Shown: positions 46,003 to 55,751, numbered from the stretch's first letter. The stretch: 60,939 nt of DNA from a virus (IMGVR_UViG_3300027980_000037:1-60939); one strand, 5' to 3'. Numbers and translations: made by a program. Notes: a model not told the origin generated them from the letters alone.

Positions 46003-47378
46003 TTTTTATTATCCGGCTGGAAGAATTTGCGACCGCGAATCTCATAGTCTGGTTTGCGTTGGTCGCCCTGACTAAGAAGATCCGTTATTTGTTTTGTCGA
46101 TACTGATTTTTTCTTTACTGGCTTACGCGTGTTGGAAAGAGCATTTCGGTAACCAATGGCGATGTAACCCACGCGAACCGATTCATTAGCCACACTGAAA
46201 TTCATATCCAGACCGCCATCAGACATGATACCGGAGCAGCTGGCTATGCACTGCTGCTGACCGACACCCCTGCGCACACGAAGTATCTCGCTTTCGCTGT
46301 GATAGCTTTTTGCGGCAGAAGGAACAGCGCCTGACTTTGACCGGCCTGATGTGCAGAACTGTGAACCAAGATTGGTTACAGCGCCGATACTCATGCCGAT
46401 ATCATCGACATTCTCAGTGCCGGCTGGCATACCGTTTGAAAAAAGAATTGCCAGCTGTGTAGGGAATCCAGTGCGAGCCAAAACGTGCCGGCCAGTTTCT
46501 GTCGGTGTATCGAATTCACCGATATCTACTTCGTAATTTGAATTGAGTTTTACCCCAATACTGTAAACCAGAGCTTCGACAGTGCCTTCGCTCTTTGCTA
46601 TAGAGACACCGTTGCTGCCATACAAACCTGTGTAGAAGGCGTTTATCTCTGTGCTGTCATAAACGTAATGACTGATGCTTTCGTCAGGTCGCCATTCGGC
46701 GGCTGCGTTGCCACCATTTTTAGCGAATTGGTCGCGGATCGCCATACCCAATTCTTTGATGCTTGAGTTATTTACGTCCGGGTCTTTTTTGGCGACGCTG
46801 AACGAGAAGTTACAGCTGTTTCTCAGGTTGTTATTGTTGTTACCAACACCCATGTGTATAACGAAGTCAGGTTTAAATCCAAAAACTACAGCTTCTGTTG
46901 AGGAAACTGCAGCCGGCATGGTTGTTTCAACAACCTTTGTTTCAGCAATCCCTTTCAACATCATTAGCATGGTGTAAAGACGCTGGTCTGCATCGACAAC
47001 CGTATAGTTCAGCGTCACACCTCTAGATGTGCGTTCACTGTAATTGCCACGCGAAAGAAGGTTGCCGTTATCCTGTGGATCGAGCTGATTTACAGCTCCA
47101 TCAATAATCGCCTGTGCGTAAGTTCTGGTGGGCGAATTTTCATCGCGCATGGATGCGCCGACATTTGCTTGAGTGACGTTTGCAGATCCGTCGAATGCAA
47201 TCACTCCGACCGATGGCGCGAAGCCATCTTCTTCTGTATCGAGAGCAGAACACCCGGACGAAAAGGACAGGATTGCTAGAGGGTCGGGAGCGCTTTCGAT
47301 GGTTACATCGACTTCGCCTGTGCTTGTAGGCGGTTGCTCCGTTGTAAAACCGTGTCGTAAATGACGGTTTATAGGCAT
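45999..47378 (-). CDS. Hypothetical beta-rich virion protein with internal repeats
   Basis: GFKPDFVI / GFPTQLAIL repeated units. Confidence 0.6.
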   Translation of the reverse strand: MPINRHLRHGFTTEQPPTSTGEVDVTIESAPDPLAILSFSSGCSALDTEEDGFAPSVGVIAFDGSANVTQANVGASMRDENSPTRTYAQAIIDGAVNQLDPQDNGNLLSRGNYSERTSRGVTLNYTVVDADQRLYTMLMMLKGIAETKVVETTMPAAVSSTEAVVFGFKPDFVIHMGVGNNNNNLRNSCNFSFSVAKKDPDVNNSSIKELGMAIRDQFAKNGGNAAAEWRPDESISHYVYDSTEINAFYTGLYGSNGVSIAKSEGTVEALVYSIGVKLNSNYEVDIGEFDTPTETGRHVLARTGFPTQLAILFSNGMPAGTENVDDIGMSIGAVTNLGSQFCTSGRSKSGAVPSAAKSYHSESEILRVRRGVGQQQCIASCSGIMSDGGLDMNFSVANESVRVGYIAIGYRNALSNTRKPVKKKSVSTKQITDLLSQGDQRKPDYEIRGRKFFQPDNKK

Positions 47379-47425
47379 CTGTGTTGTCCTGCGCGGGTTT
47401 GGGTTAGCGTACTACAACAGCCAAA

Positions 47426-47692
47426 CTATTCAACGTAACGCGGCTCCGTTAAACCAAATTCCAGCTTAACGTGACGAAGCACCATGTCTGGTACTGCCCG
47501 CCAGTAAGGGTTTGGCTCACCATTGCGCTCAGGTTCTGCAAACCATGAAGTCACCATTGAACGGCTGTATCCGGTCAGTTTGATCAGAAATTCCGTGTAC
47601 TTGGTGTGGTCGTAGTCTTTGTGATCGACCGACTGCATAATGTTCCACAGCTCTACATTGTTATCGGGGTTGCCCCGTTTTTTATTAGCCAT
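47426..47692 (-). CDS. Small HTH transcription regulator, probably leaderless
   Basis: LIKLTGYSRSMVTSWF helix-turn-helix pattern; TTGAAC-18-TAATAT with ATG 7 nt after -10. Confidence 0.6.
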   Translation of the reverse strand: MANKKRGNPDNNVELWNIMQSVDHKDYDHTKYTEFLIKLTGYSRSMVTSWFAEPERNGEPNPYWRAVPDMVLRHVKLEFGLTEPRYVE

Positions 47693-47708
47693 ATCCACAT
47701 ATTACAGG

Positions 47709-49226
47709 TTAAACGCACTCTGGTTCAAGGTTCTCAATTGATTCGTAAATCGACTGATCTTCCTTTATAGGCACTGGCTGTGCGAAAGTGAATCCCAGCG
47801 CATCAGCAGCATCAGGGCTGGGAAGACCGCGTTTAGCCATTTCTTCCTTCCGCTCAAGCCGCATTATCATGTTGTTATCGTAGCCGTACTCAGGGCCGAT
47901 AAGATCCTCGAACAACTCGTTATCCTGCGGAATATCCGCAGATTTAAGCCATTCGCGCATACGCCACCACATTTCCATACGCGGGTTATAGAACGTCTTA
48001 GTGTCCAGTACCGCCTTCCGGTCGCCGGCATACACCGGTGTGACGTTAAAACCCAACTGCACCAGCTGCAGGAATACAGCGTGACCGTAGCCGTTAGCGT
48101 CAATGAAGATGCAGTCAGGATTCGCCTCGTTGATAAATTCAGCCAGGTATCCAGACAGCTTGTTCACATCAGCTTCACGCCAGCGCCTGATGTCGTTGAA
48201 TACCTTCGGGCCTTGCCTAATGAGCGCCACCGTCTGTGCATCACCATAGGAACCAACATCAATGCCCATCAACTTCGGTAAGTTAGCCGGTATGGTTTTG
48301 TCCTCGATCTCGCGTTCTTGTGCATCTTCAACACGGTCATTCGGGATAAGCTGCTTCGAGCCGGATTTAGGGAACTTGCCCAAGATACGGACGCGCACGA
48401 AGTCAGAGTCGATACCCCAATCTTCAATCCACTGGCGAAGCTGTTCGTTGTCAGCCATCTTGGCTTCACGGCTATCGACACGGAATGTGTGCCAGCGTTT
48501 GCGAAGAAGTGTCCAGCACTGCCGGAAGCGTCCGGTGTTACTGGTCGGGTTGCCAAAGCACAACCACATTGCCCCGGGCGTTGTCATTGCACCCTCTGCA
48601 GTCTCCCAAATGCTCGCGTCAATCTCTGAAGCCTCATCGAACAGCATGAGAACGTGGGCTTCGTGAGTACCGGCGAATGCTGAACTGTTGGCAGCACTCC
48701 ACGGTACAGCAGTAGCGAACCAAGTATCAGGGCGCTGTTTATGTTTGAGCTGGGTAGCTGTGTAATTAAACCAATGCCCGCAGATGCAGCAACCATGCCA
48801 TTTCGCAAGCTCACGCCATGTCTTAGTAGTAAGCTGGTTCTTGGTGTTGGCAGTAACCACGATCTGCGGGTTTGGTCTGGTGCTGATGAACCACAAAATA
48901 ATCCAGCTGGTCATGGCGGTTTTGCCGATACCGTGACCTGAAGCCACAGCCATTCGGATCGCTTTTTCTATGACCTTTTCGCCTTCCGGCGTTTCGTTCC
49001 AATCTTTCTGGATTAACTCGCCAAGCAGCGTCAGGAATTCACGCTGCCATTTGTCCGGGCCATCAGGATATTCTTCAAGGAAAGTGCCTTCCTCACCCCA
49101 CGGGAAAGCGAATTCAACGAACCCTAGAGGATCGTCGTAGTATTCTGCAATTGCTTCTGCAAGTTGGAGTTCTGCATCAGTCTCAGGAATATGATCGTCT
49201 GCAAAAACATCAATGGCTGGTTGCAT
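47709..49226 (-). CDS. terL: Terminase large subunit
   Basis: SGHGIGKT Walker A, FDEAS Walker B, GNPT, GIDV and SPD.ADA nuclease motifs. Confidence 0.95.
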   Translation of the reverse strand: MQPAIDVFADDHIPETDAELQLAEAIAEYYDDPLGFVEFAFPWGEEGTFLEEYPDGPDKWQREFLTLLGELIQKDWNETPEGEKVIEKAIRMAVASGHGIGKTAMTSWIILWFISTRPNPQIVVTANTKNQLTTKTWRELAKWHGCCICGHWFNYTATQLKHKQRPDTWFATAVPWSAANSSAFAGTHEAHVLMLFDEASEIDASIWETAEGAMTTPGAMWLCFGNPTSNTGRFRQCWTLLRKRWHTFRVDSREAKMADNEQLRQWIEDWGIDSDFVRVRILGKFPKSGSKQLIPNDRVEDAQEREIEDKTIPANLPKLMGIDVGSYGDAQTVALIRQGPKVFNDIRRWREADVNKLSGYLAEFINEANPDCIFIDANGYGHAVFLQLVQLGFNVTPVYAGDRKAVLDTKTFYNPRMEMWWRMREWLKSADIPQDNELFEDLIGPEYGYDNNMIMRLERKEEMAKRGLPSPDAADALGFTFAQPVPIKEDQSIYESIENLEPECV

Positions 49227-51818
49227 TTACACGCTCACACCGAAGCCTCGCAGCAACTTGAGAACGGCGGCATACATCATCGGGCCATCCATTGTTATTC
49301 CGTCCTTGCTGACAAAGGCGAATGAAATAGTAGGGGTTGATTGAGTGCCGCCAAACGAAGTGCTGCCAAGTTTCACAGTATCGTTTGGTACGCCGTTTAC
49401 GGCAGCATCGCCGGATTCGATGTTAAACCCGTTCACAAATGCGTCTGTTCGGCTGGTGCTTGCCGGATTCTGGCGGCGGCACATATAGAACTTCTTGTCC
49501 ATGACCTCGGTGGCGTAGTCGATCTCTGTGCTAACGAGGCGGGCCGCGTTGGTGTTCATACAGTATTCTGTTTCACCAAGACTCTTAGCCTCGAATGTTA
49601 CGCGCCAGCGAGCATTTGCAGCCGAACTGCACTCAAACATTTGCTCTGTAGCAAACTCGGCAATACCAATAGGCGTACCGTCATACACAAACACACCAAA
49701 CGCATAATTGCTGGCATCGACGCTTTCATCTGTCGGGTTGAAGCCGGTATCTACAAGTTGTCCAGCGCCATCACGACCACTCAGGTCATAGCCGTTGGCG
49801 TTGTGTCCGATATTAGCGTGAAGCGTACAGGCATCGCCGGTAATGATGCCGATTTCGTTGTAATCGAAACCGCTGCAACCAATCCAGAAGTCAGCCATGC
49901 CTTCGAGTGCGCCGAAGCTCGCCAGATCTTCTGCGAACTGTCGCAGAGCCGCTTTCTGTGCGTCGGTAGCGTCAGGGCAGTTCTCGGTGAAATCCAGACC
50001 GCTTGTGTTGGCATTAACATCGCGTGACAATTTTGAAGGTGTGGTTACTACATGACCGTAATCTTTTTGCTCACCGGCTATCTCGTTAACCAGTGCCATG
50101 AAATCTTCGATGTAATACTGGGTATCGTTTGGCGGGCTACCCTGACTGCCGCCGGTTACGATATCGTGCATGATTAACGCCATTGTCGAGCCGGTATAGC
50201 GAACAGTATGTTTCAACTGACGGTCTACCAAATGAGTATAGGTATCAATCGTGCCGCCATCTGATTCAACAATAAGGCCGGCAATTGTTCTCAGGTGGTT
50301 GTAGCCGCCGTTTTCGTAATCACGATTAGATATCGCCTGACAAATTTCTGGCGTTGAAGTCCTGCTGGTTTTAATACCAAGTTCGAGCAGAATACTAAAT
50401 AACACCCGCATCCATTCTTCACCGCCGTTGCGATAACCATTGCCCGGGAAAACAGCGTGATACGCACCACGCGACCAGCTTGTTCCAGCCGGTATTGCGC
50501 CAATGTAGCTATTTGGGTCGAGCAGGAAATCTTGGTTTCTGTTGATATCTGCAAGCAGATGGGTTCTGCAAGCGACGTAATCATCGTAGGTAGTGAGAAC
50601 ACCAGTACCCCACGAAGTAACGAGATCACCAACGACAGAAGCATCAGCCAAACCGCTGCTGCCACAATCGTAATCAATCGTGTGTGCATCAATCACGGTG
50701 TAAGCAACATCGGTGGCGTTGTAGCCAGCTGGCGTAGCGGCAGAAACCGTGATTGTTCCATCACCGGAAAGACCGTGAGGCGCACCAGTTTTCATAACCA
50801 TTCTGGCGGTTGTTCCAGAAGGGTTTGTTAGAGAGTCGCGCCAACCCTGCGGGAAATCGACACCTGCGGTTAAATTCGACCAATAGTGGGTTGAGTGAAC
50901 CGATAGCTCATGCCCCTGATCGTACAACGTTTGAAGCTGCTGCCATGTAAAAGCAGTACCAAGCTCGATGATTATGGCGTTGGCAATGATGCCAAAACAG
51001 GCTTTGTGGTCATGTTCGTTGAGTTTTTCTACGACAGTCTTGTTGTAGTCCGGGTCTGATGCGCTGACTGCACTGTTCTGCTGATCTAACGGCCCGTCTA
51101 TACCATCATCAAAATAGAAAATTGTTGAGGGGTTTTTTTTGCGGTTCAGTGTGAACCCGCCAAAGATACACTTGTAGTCTCCGTCTTCGCCCCAGCTAGA
51201 GAGAGGCCAGCCATTAGGTGTGCCGTTGCTATCACCTAATACAAGTCGAATTTGATCACAACCATCACTGGTAAGATCAATGACGCTTCCCTGAGTCCTG
51301 AATATCTCTCTGGATGGGTGATATCCAATAATTTTGTTATTTACATTCCATGGCATACCCCATAGGCAGTTCCATCCTGGCAACAAACCGTCATTCATGT
51401 AAAAACGAATTTCTTGAACGCCGCCACTTGAGCTATTGCGGAACTGAAGTGCTAAATAATCGTCGCTACTGAAGGTGGCGTATGACAACCATACCCAAGC
51501 ACCAAAAACATCGTAATTATCGTAAGTTATAATACCAGATGGGTTTGTCCATACAACACCCCAGCCGGAAGTGTCGGAAGCAAGTTGAAGGCCTTTGCCA
51601 AACAGGTTCGGGTTATCGACTTGCCGACTGTACGGCGAACCAAATAGCGCAAGGTTGGGGTCTGTAAGATCACCGTCGCAGATGATTGTGCCGTATTGAG
51701 ACACGATGTTGTTTCGATTGTCTCGCCCGTGCTGGGCGTGAAGTCTGGCAGGAAAAGACGCACTGCGCCGTGCGTCAAAGTGACCTATTGACCGTCGATT
51801 GATCGGCTTGTCGCCCAT
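49227..51818 (-). CDS. Virion-associated protein with NodB-type polysaccharide deacetylase domain
   Basis: FYFDDG, GHELSVHS..H, FPG.G, MHDI. Confidence 0.7.
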   Translation of the reverse strand: MGDKPINRRSIGHFDARRSASFPARLHAQHGRDNRNNIVSQYGTIICDGDLTDPNLALFGSPYSRQVDNPNLFGKGLQLASDTSGWGVVWTNPSGIITYDNYDVFGAWVWLSYATFSSDDYLALQFRNSSSGGVQEIRFYMNDGLLPGWNCLWGMPWNVNNKIIGYHPSREIFRTQGSVIDLTSDGCDQIRLVLGDSNGTPNGWPLSSWGEDGDYKCIFGGFTLNRKKNPSTIFYFDDGIDGPLDQQNSAVSASDPDYNKTVVEKLNEHDHKACFGIIANAIIIELGTAFTWQQLQTLYDQGHELSVHSTHYWSNLTAGVDFPQGWRDSLTNPSGTTARMVMKTGAPHGLSGDGTITVSAATPAGYNATDVAYTVIDAHTIDYDCGSSGLADASVVGDLVTSWGTGVLTTYDDYVACRTHLLADINRNQDFLLDPNSYIGAIPAGTSWSRGAYHAVFPGNGYRNGGEEWMRVLFSILLELGIKTSRTSTPEICQAISNRDYENGGYNHLRTIAGLIVESDGGTIDTYTHLVDRQLKHTVRYTGSTMALIMHDIVTGGSQGSPPNDTQYYIEDFMALVNEIAGEQKDYGHVVTTPSKLSRDVNANTSGLDFTENCPDATDAQKAALRQFAEDLASFGALEGMADFWIGCSGFDYNEIGIITGDACTLHANIGHNANGYDLSGRDGAGQLVDTGFNPTDESVDASNYAFGVFVYDGTPIGIAEFATEQMFECSSAANARWRVTFEAKSLGETEYCMNTNAARLVSTEIDYATEVMDKKFYMCRRQNPASTSRTDAFVNGFNIESGDAAVNGVPNDTVKLGSTSFGGTQSTPTISFAFVSKDGITMDGPMMYAAVLKLLRGFGVSV

Positions 51819-51822
51819 TGGC

Positions 51823-52119
51823 TTAACCTATGAGCGCGACAGTTGCACTACCAGTGCCGCCGGTGCTTTTGCAATCCAGTTCCAAACGCTGCGGGATCTC
51901 GATGCAGTACACGCCATCAGCGGTGAAGTTCAGACCGTCGATATCTTCAAAGTCTGTGGTAGCGCCTTCCGGTCGACCGCCAAACTGAATATCGTGACCG
52001 TTAATACCGGTGATGTAGATAGCCAGACAGTTCGATGTGCGCGCCGTTACCAGCGGAATTTCATCATCGTCATAGGCTTTGCTGCTAGATACCGACCAAG
52101 ATTTAATCTGTTTAGCCAT
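51823..52119 (-). CDS. Small beta-rich hypothetical protein
   Basis: AGGGG RBS; first gene of late block. Confidence 0.65.
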   Translation of the reverse strand: MAKQIKSWSVSSSKAYDDDEIPLVTARTSNCLAIYITGINGHDIQFGGRPEGATTDFEDIDGLNFTADGVYCIEIPQRLELDCKSTGGTGSATVALIG

Positions 52120-52177
52120 CGTTTTCCCCTGTGGGAATTGGTTGTCGGACTGATTACACCCCGAAAAGGCTTTTTAT

Positions 52178-52375
52178 TCAAGAGCCACCGGCTGTAAAGC
52201 CTTGTTCATAGCCTTCTTCGTGACCCTCGTTACGTGCGGCAAAGGTGCATTGCTGACAGGGTTTGACCTCTATACCACCACCAAGAGCGTTACCACCATC
52301 TAGCGTCGAACCGCAGCCGGAACAGACTATGTTGATAAGAACGCCCGCCGGCTTTATTTTTTCGCTGTCACTCAC
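52178..52375 (-). CDS. Small Zn-ribbon protein
   Basis: CSGC...V.PCQQC. Confidence 0.6.
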   Translation of the reverse strand: MSDSEKIKPAGVLINIVCSGCGSTLDGGNALGGGIEVKPCQQCTFAARNEGHEEGYEQGFTAGGS

Positions 52376-52595
52376 GGCCTTTAATCAGAACCTTGCGCTT
52401 GATGCTGTAAATATCCAAGCTGGTTCTTTCCTCGATTTCATCAATCGCCCAAATAATCAGGATAAGCCACCACACGGTTATGATCGCGATACCGACAGAG
52501 ATATCATCAACCTTTATGTCTGCGCCTTTCCACCAAGTCACAGCGGCAGAAATAAGCATGATTACCAAACCAATACCAAAGTACCAATAGTACAT
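52368..52595 (-). CDS. Small membrane protein
   Basis: Two TM segments; AGGAG RBS. Confidence 0.6.
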   Translation of the reverse strand: MYYWYFGIGLVIMLISAAVTWWKGADIKVDDISVGIAIITVWWLILIIWAIDEIEERTSLDIYSIKRKVLIKGRE

Positions 52596-52605
52596 ATCAC
52601 TCTCC

Positions 52606-52701
52606 TTACGAAAGCGTTGATGTAACACCAAGAATAAGCACAACTACAAACGCCATTGCGACAATCAATGTCAAGCACAACTGTCTGCTTGTAGCTCGCA
52701 T
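52606..52701 (-). CDS. 31-aa single-TM micropeptide
   Basis: MRATSRQLCLTLIVAMAFVVVLILGVTSTLS; TGATG coupling. Confidence 0.5.
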   Translation of the reverse strand: MRATSRQLCLTLIVAMAFVVVLILGVTSTLS

Positions 52702-52892
52702 CAGTCTTCACCCATAAAATCTTTGTAGTCTTCTTCAGACAATTCGATGATATTCAGAATCGTGACAGCAGCTCCGTCATTCTCACGACCGGCAGCTTCA
52801 GCGATCCGCTTCATTGACGGATGCTTTGGGCCATTCAAAACAAACTGACCGGAACCGGTTGTGCCTAAATAGCTGATGAAAAAATATCTCAT
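52701..52892 (-). CDS. Hypothetical protein
   Basis: 63 aa; I.ELS.EDY C-terminus. Confidence 0.6.
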   Translation of the reverse strand: MRYFFISYLGTTGSGQFVLNGPKHPSMKRIAEAAGRENDGAAVTILNIIELSEEDYKDFMGED

Positions 52893-53056
52893 TTATGTGT
52901 CCTCATATCGTCGAGCGCACCTTGTTTTCGTTCTTCACTCAACAGCATTTCTTTGATGCGTTGTAAGTTTATTGGGTGTATTTGGTTTGGTGGTATTTCC
53001 TGACTGAAGCCTTTTAGTATTTTTTTGATGTGTTCTTCTGTCAGCTCGTCAGTCAT
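52889..53056 (-). CDS. 55-aa hypothetical protein (MTDELTEEHI...)
   Basis: Overlap-coupled on both sides. Confidence 0.55.
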   Translation of the reverse strand: MTDELTEEHIKKILKGFSQEIPPNQIHPINLQRIKEMLLSEERKQGALDDMRTHK

Positions 53057-53351
53057 TGGTGAATTCCATCATCTTCATATTGAAGTCGTATTCCATCATC
53101 CACCCTGAATACTTTTGGCTCAAGTAATTTCTGCAAGTGCCATCGTATTCCTCGCGCTCGGCAGACAAGCGGCTGGTGTTCCAGAAAATAACAGCCCTGC
53201 CAGGTATCGGCGGCGGCAATTCAGACATGGGTTTCCACGGCATAGAGCGTTGGTGTTCTGTTATCGCCCTCGATCTCTCGAAGGTCTTTTCGTTGTTATC
53301 GCCGTACACTTCTTTGTCCACTGGTCGCGGGAAATCGCCCTTACCTGACAT
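53049..53351 (-). CDS. Hypothetical protein
   Basis: MSGKGD.PRP N-terminus. Confidence 0.6.
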   Translation of the reverse strand: MSGKGDFPRPVDKEVYGDNNEKTFERSRAITEHQRSMPWKPMSELPPPIPGRAVIFWNTSRLSAEREEYDGTCRNYLSQKYSGWMMEYDFNMKMMEFTND

Positions 53352-53766
53352 TTGTGGGCCTCGGTTTTAGGTTTGATGTGTTTTTATAAGAAAGCACTGC
53401 GCCGCATCCGTCACAACAAAGAACACTGCCTCTCTTGACCGGAGTGCTGTCAGCATGAAGCGCCCACTTTGATTTAACTTCAAAGACGGTTGCAAATTTT
53501 CTACGAAGGTATTTAAACGCGACCTTGCCGCAGTCTTTGTGAATGATATCTATGTATGAGCCATCGGCGTAGACGTTCCAGTTGTAAGGTCTGGTGATTC
53601 TTGGGAATGGCTGGTACTCGCGGGTAAACGGGTTCATCGCGAAGATAGTACCCCATTCCTCAACCTCTACTTGGTGAGGCGAAGCTATTCTTGAGCTGTC
53701 ATAAGCAACTGTATTTTTAAACAGCCGAACAGCTAATTTTTCGTCTTCTAGTTCTTGGCTAGTCAT
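53341..53766 (-). CDS. Hypothetical Zn-binding protein
   Basis: HKDCG...CDGCG. Confidence 0.6.
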   Translation of the reverse strand: MTSQELEDEKLAVRLFKNTVAYDSSRIASPHQVEVEEWGTIFAMNPFTREYQPFPRITRPYNWNVYADGSYIDIIHKDCGKVAFKYLRRKFATVFEVKSKWALHADSTPVKRGSVLCCDGCGAVLSYKNTSNLKPRPTNVR

Positions 53767-53837
53767 TTCTTGTTGTTATTTTACCGGCGAAGCCGGTCGA
53801 AATTTTTTGAAGCTTCGCATTTCATATTTTATCCCGG

Positions 53838-54065
53838 CTAACTGTAACGGCGGCGATACGCTTTCTCGTCGACCTTCCAGCCATTTTTCGCCATGTGACG
53901 GTCTTTGACCGCTTGCCATTCCGCAAAACTATTACCGTAAGAAACGACAGCCTCATTACACGCAACAAAATCCGCAACCCTCGGCGGCGATGTAGCCAAG
54001 CGGGCCGTGATCGCAACCGACGCTACCGACGCAACTACAAGCTTTAAGAAATTCCTACGATTCAT
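53838..54065 (-). CDS. Small protein with Tat-like signal
   Basis: MNRRNFLK plus hydrophobic stretch. Confidence 0.55.
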   Translation of the reverse strand: MNRRNFLKLVVASVASVAITARLATSPPRVADFVACNEAVVSYGNSFAEWQAVKDRHMAKNGWKVDEKAYRRRYS

Positions 54066-54498
54066 TTTTTTATCCGAAATTTTGTATACGGCTGTTCGGA
54101 CTCTTACCGCAGCCGCCTAACGCAACCCAGCCCATTGCTGCTGCTCTCTGGAACTGGCGAGTTCCACTACAACCGAATATATCCGCATTTATAGCCAGTG
54201 TCCACATTTGGGGGGAGAAAACCGAAAAAATGGGCGTGGGTGTTATGGGGAACCCTTATTTAGTAAGAGAGAAGGTTCATTCGATTCCGATTGGCTGGCG
54301 GGTTTTTGCGGGCTGCTTCGGTGGGGCTGTTGTTCACACTGCATGGCGCTCTGCTGCTGCTGGCTGCTCTGCTGCTGCTGATGTGATGCCACAGTATGCA
54401 CATTGTCGATCGGTGTCGCTGTGGCTGCTCTCGTTGGCTGTGGTTGGTGGATGCCAGGTCGAATGAGTGATGCCAGGTCGATGCTGTGACTTCAGGGC

Positions 54499-54524
54499 AA
54501 AAGAAAGCCCGCGCTAGGCGGGCT
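54499..54524 (-). terminator. Rho-independent terminator
   Basis: AGCCCGC-loop-GCGGGCT then T-rich on minus strand. Confidence 0.75.
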
Positions 54525-54557
54525 GTGAGTTGGTAGCTGATGAATGCTGTTAGCGGC

Positions 54558-54821
54558 TCATGCCTCACCGCCTTCGAGCTGCTCAGTGATGCTGTCGATG
54601 CTGTCGCTCAGGTGTTGATACAGGTCGGCCCGCTTGTAGCTGTCCGGGCATGATAGCTTGCGCCTCACGTGGGCGGTCACACTGCCCCGCGAATGAGTAA
54701 GACCCTTCATTTCGAGGCTGATGGCGTGTTTCCACTGTAAAAGCTGAAAAAGAGGTATCTCAACCACCACACCGTTAAAGTCATAGATGCCCACATTGCT
54801 TGCTAATAGTTGCTGTGACAT
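54558..54821 (-). CDS. Hypothetical early protein
   Basis: LE.KGL.HSRGSV. Confidence 0.65.
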   Translation of the reverse strand: MSQQLLASNVGIYDFNGVVVEIPLFQLLQWKHAISLEMKGLTHSRGSVTAHVRRKLSCPDSYKRADLYQHLSDSIDSITEQLEGGEA

Positions 54822-54823
54822 GA

Positions 54824-55144
54824 CTAGTACCCCGCAGCTTCAGCACGATAGTCGCGCTGGCGATGGCTGATATCTTGAAAATCAGGATAGCCGTACTCAT
54901 TAAGCGGCATTGGATTGGTGGCAACGACCTGATGCAGCGTCGAAGACAGGCGACCATCGCAATCACTGCCATCACGCTCGATAAATCGCGTCAGCTCCTG
55001 CCCATCGTCAGACAGCTCCCAAGTAATCCGCGAGGCACTGTAGCCCTCGTCGGTACGCTCGAAAGTAGAATGCTCAAGGCTTTGCCCCGGCTCGATTGTT
55101 AGCGTTACCACGCCATTGTTGTAGGTTTTAAATCTCATGCTCAT
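54824..55144 (-). CDS. Conserved phage early hypothetical protein
   Basis: TDEGY...DCDGR...QRDY.AE.AGY. Confidence 0.7.
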   Translation of the reverse strand: MSMRFKTYNNGVVTLTIEPGQSLEHSTFERTDEGYSASRITWELSDDGQELTRFIERDGSDCDGRLSSTLHQVVATNPMPLNEYGYPDFQDISHRQRDYRAEAAGY

Positions 55145-55148
55145 ACCC

Positions 55149-55232
55149 CTATGGTAATAACAGAATGATTAGAAGCACTGCCAGCACGAAGCTGGCAGTA
55201 CCCCAATGGATTACAGGCGGGCGCTTGCTCAT
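55149..55232 (-). CDS. 27-aa single-TM micropeptide
   Basis: MSKRPPVIHWGTASFVLAVLLIILLLP; ATGA overlap; AAGGA RBS. Confidence 0.55.
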   Translation of the reverse strand: MSKRPPVIHWGTASFVLAVLLIILLLP

Positions 55233-55561
55233 GCGCTTTCCTTGATGTGCCAAGTAATGCCCTTGCTAGACATTGCCTCGCCCAACGTCAGGTCACACTC
55301 GGTATCAGTAATAACGCCGGAGAATTGGTCAAGCTCAGAGGCTGGCAGATATCCCAGCTCAGGAAAGCCTAATCCAAGATCGCAAAGCCCGAACAGCATC
55401 GTAGCGCCATTGATAAGCTCGGCGTGTACGATGTGCCATTCCGCTGATGCTACTTCAAAGCGCACAATGACCGGACGGTCATAGTTAGCCACCTCGGGAT
55501 TGTCTGCAGCGCCAGCACAAAATAGCTGAGTTGAGAGTGAATCGGATATGTATGATTTCAT
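55229..55561 (-). CDS. DUF2958-like protein
   Basis: PV.VRF...W...FGLCDLG.G.PELGY. Confidence 0.75.
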   Translation of the reverse strand: MKSYISDSLSTQLFCAGAADNPEVANYDRPVIVRFEVASAEWHIVHAELINGATMLFGLCDLGLGFPELGYLPASELDQFSGVITDTECDLTLGEAMSSKGITWHIKESA

Positions 55562-55633
55562 TGTGTCAGTCTCCAAGTAGCCCACACCACACGGGCCTTA
55601 TACACACTTTAATTTATGTGCAGCTACTGTCAA
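55562..55633 (-). promoter_or_regulatory. Early cassette promoter, GUGGU hairpin and extended RBS
   Basis: TTGACA-16-TAAAGT; GCCCGT-GTGGT-GTGGGC; TGGAGACTGA. Confidence 0.75.
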
Positions 55634-55751
55634 GTGGTTTATTTTCGGAGATTCCGGGCAGCCTGGGCGATGGTGTGACATCACATATATCTTACTTCGG
55701 GGCTGTAGCTCAACGGTTCGCTTCCTTTTTGCTGTGGCTCAACGGTCAGGC

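Noticed and set aside
16927-51778. Many short ORFs inside or antisense to long structural genes
   Set aside because: Shadow ORFs without RBS or recognisable motifs.
53783-53797. GCGAAGC mini-hairpins as N4-type ssDNA promoters (also near 58690)
   Set aside because: No virion RNAP and too few consistent copies.
54260-54568. ORFs over the low-complexity region
   Set aside because: They span a terminator and CTG repeats with biased composition; probably non-coding.
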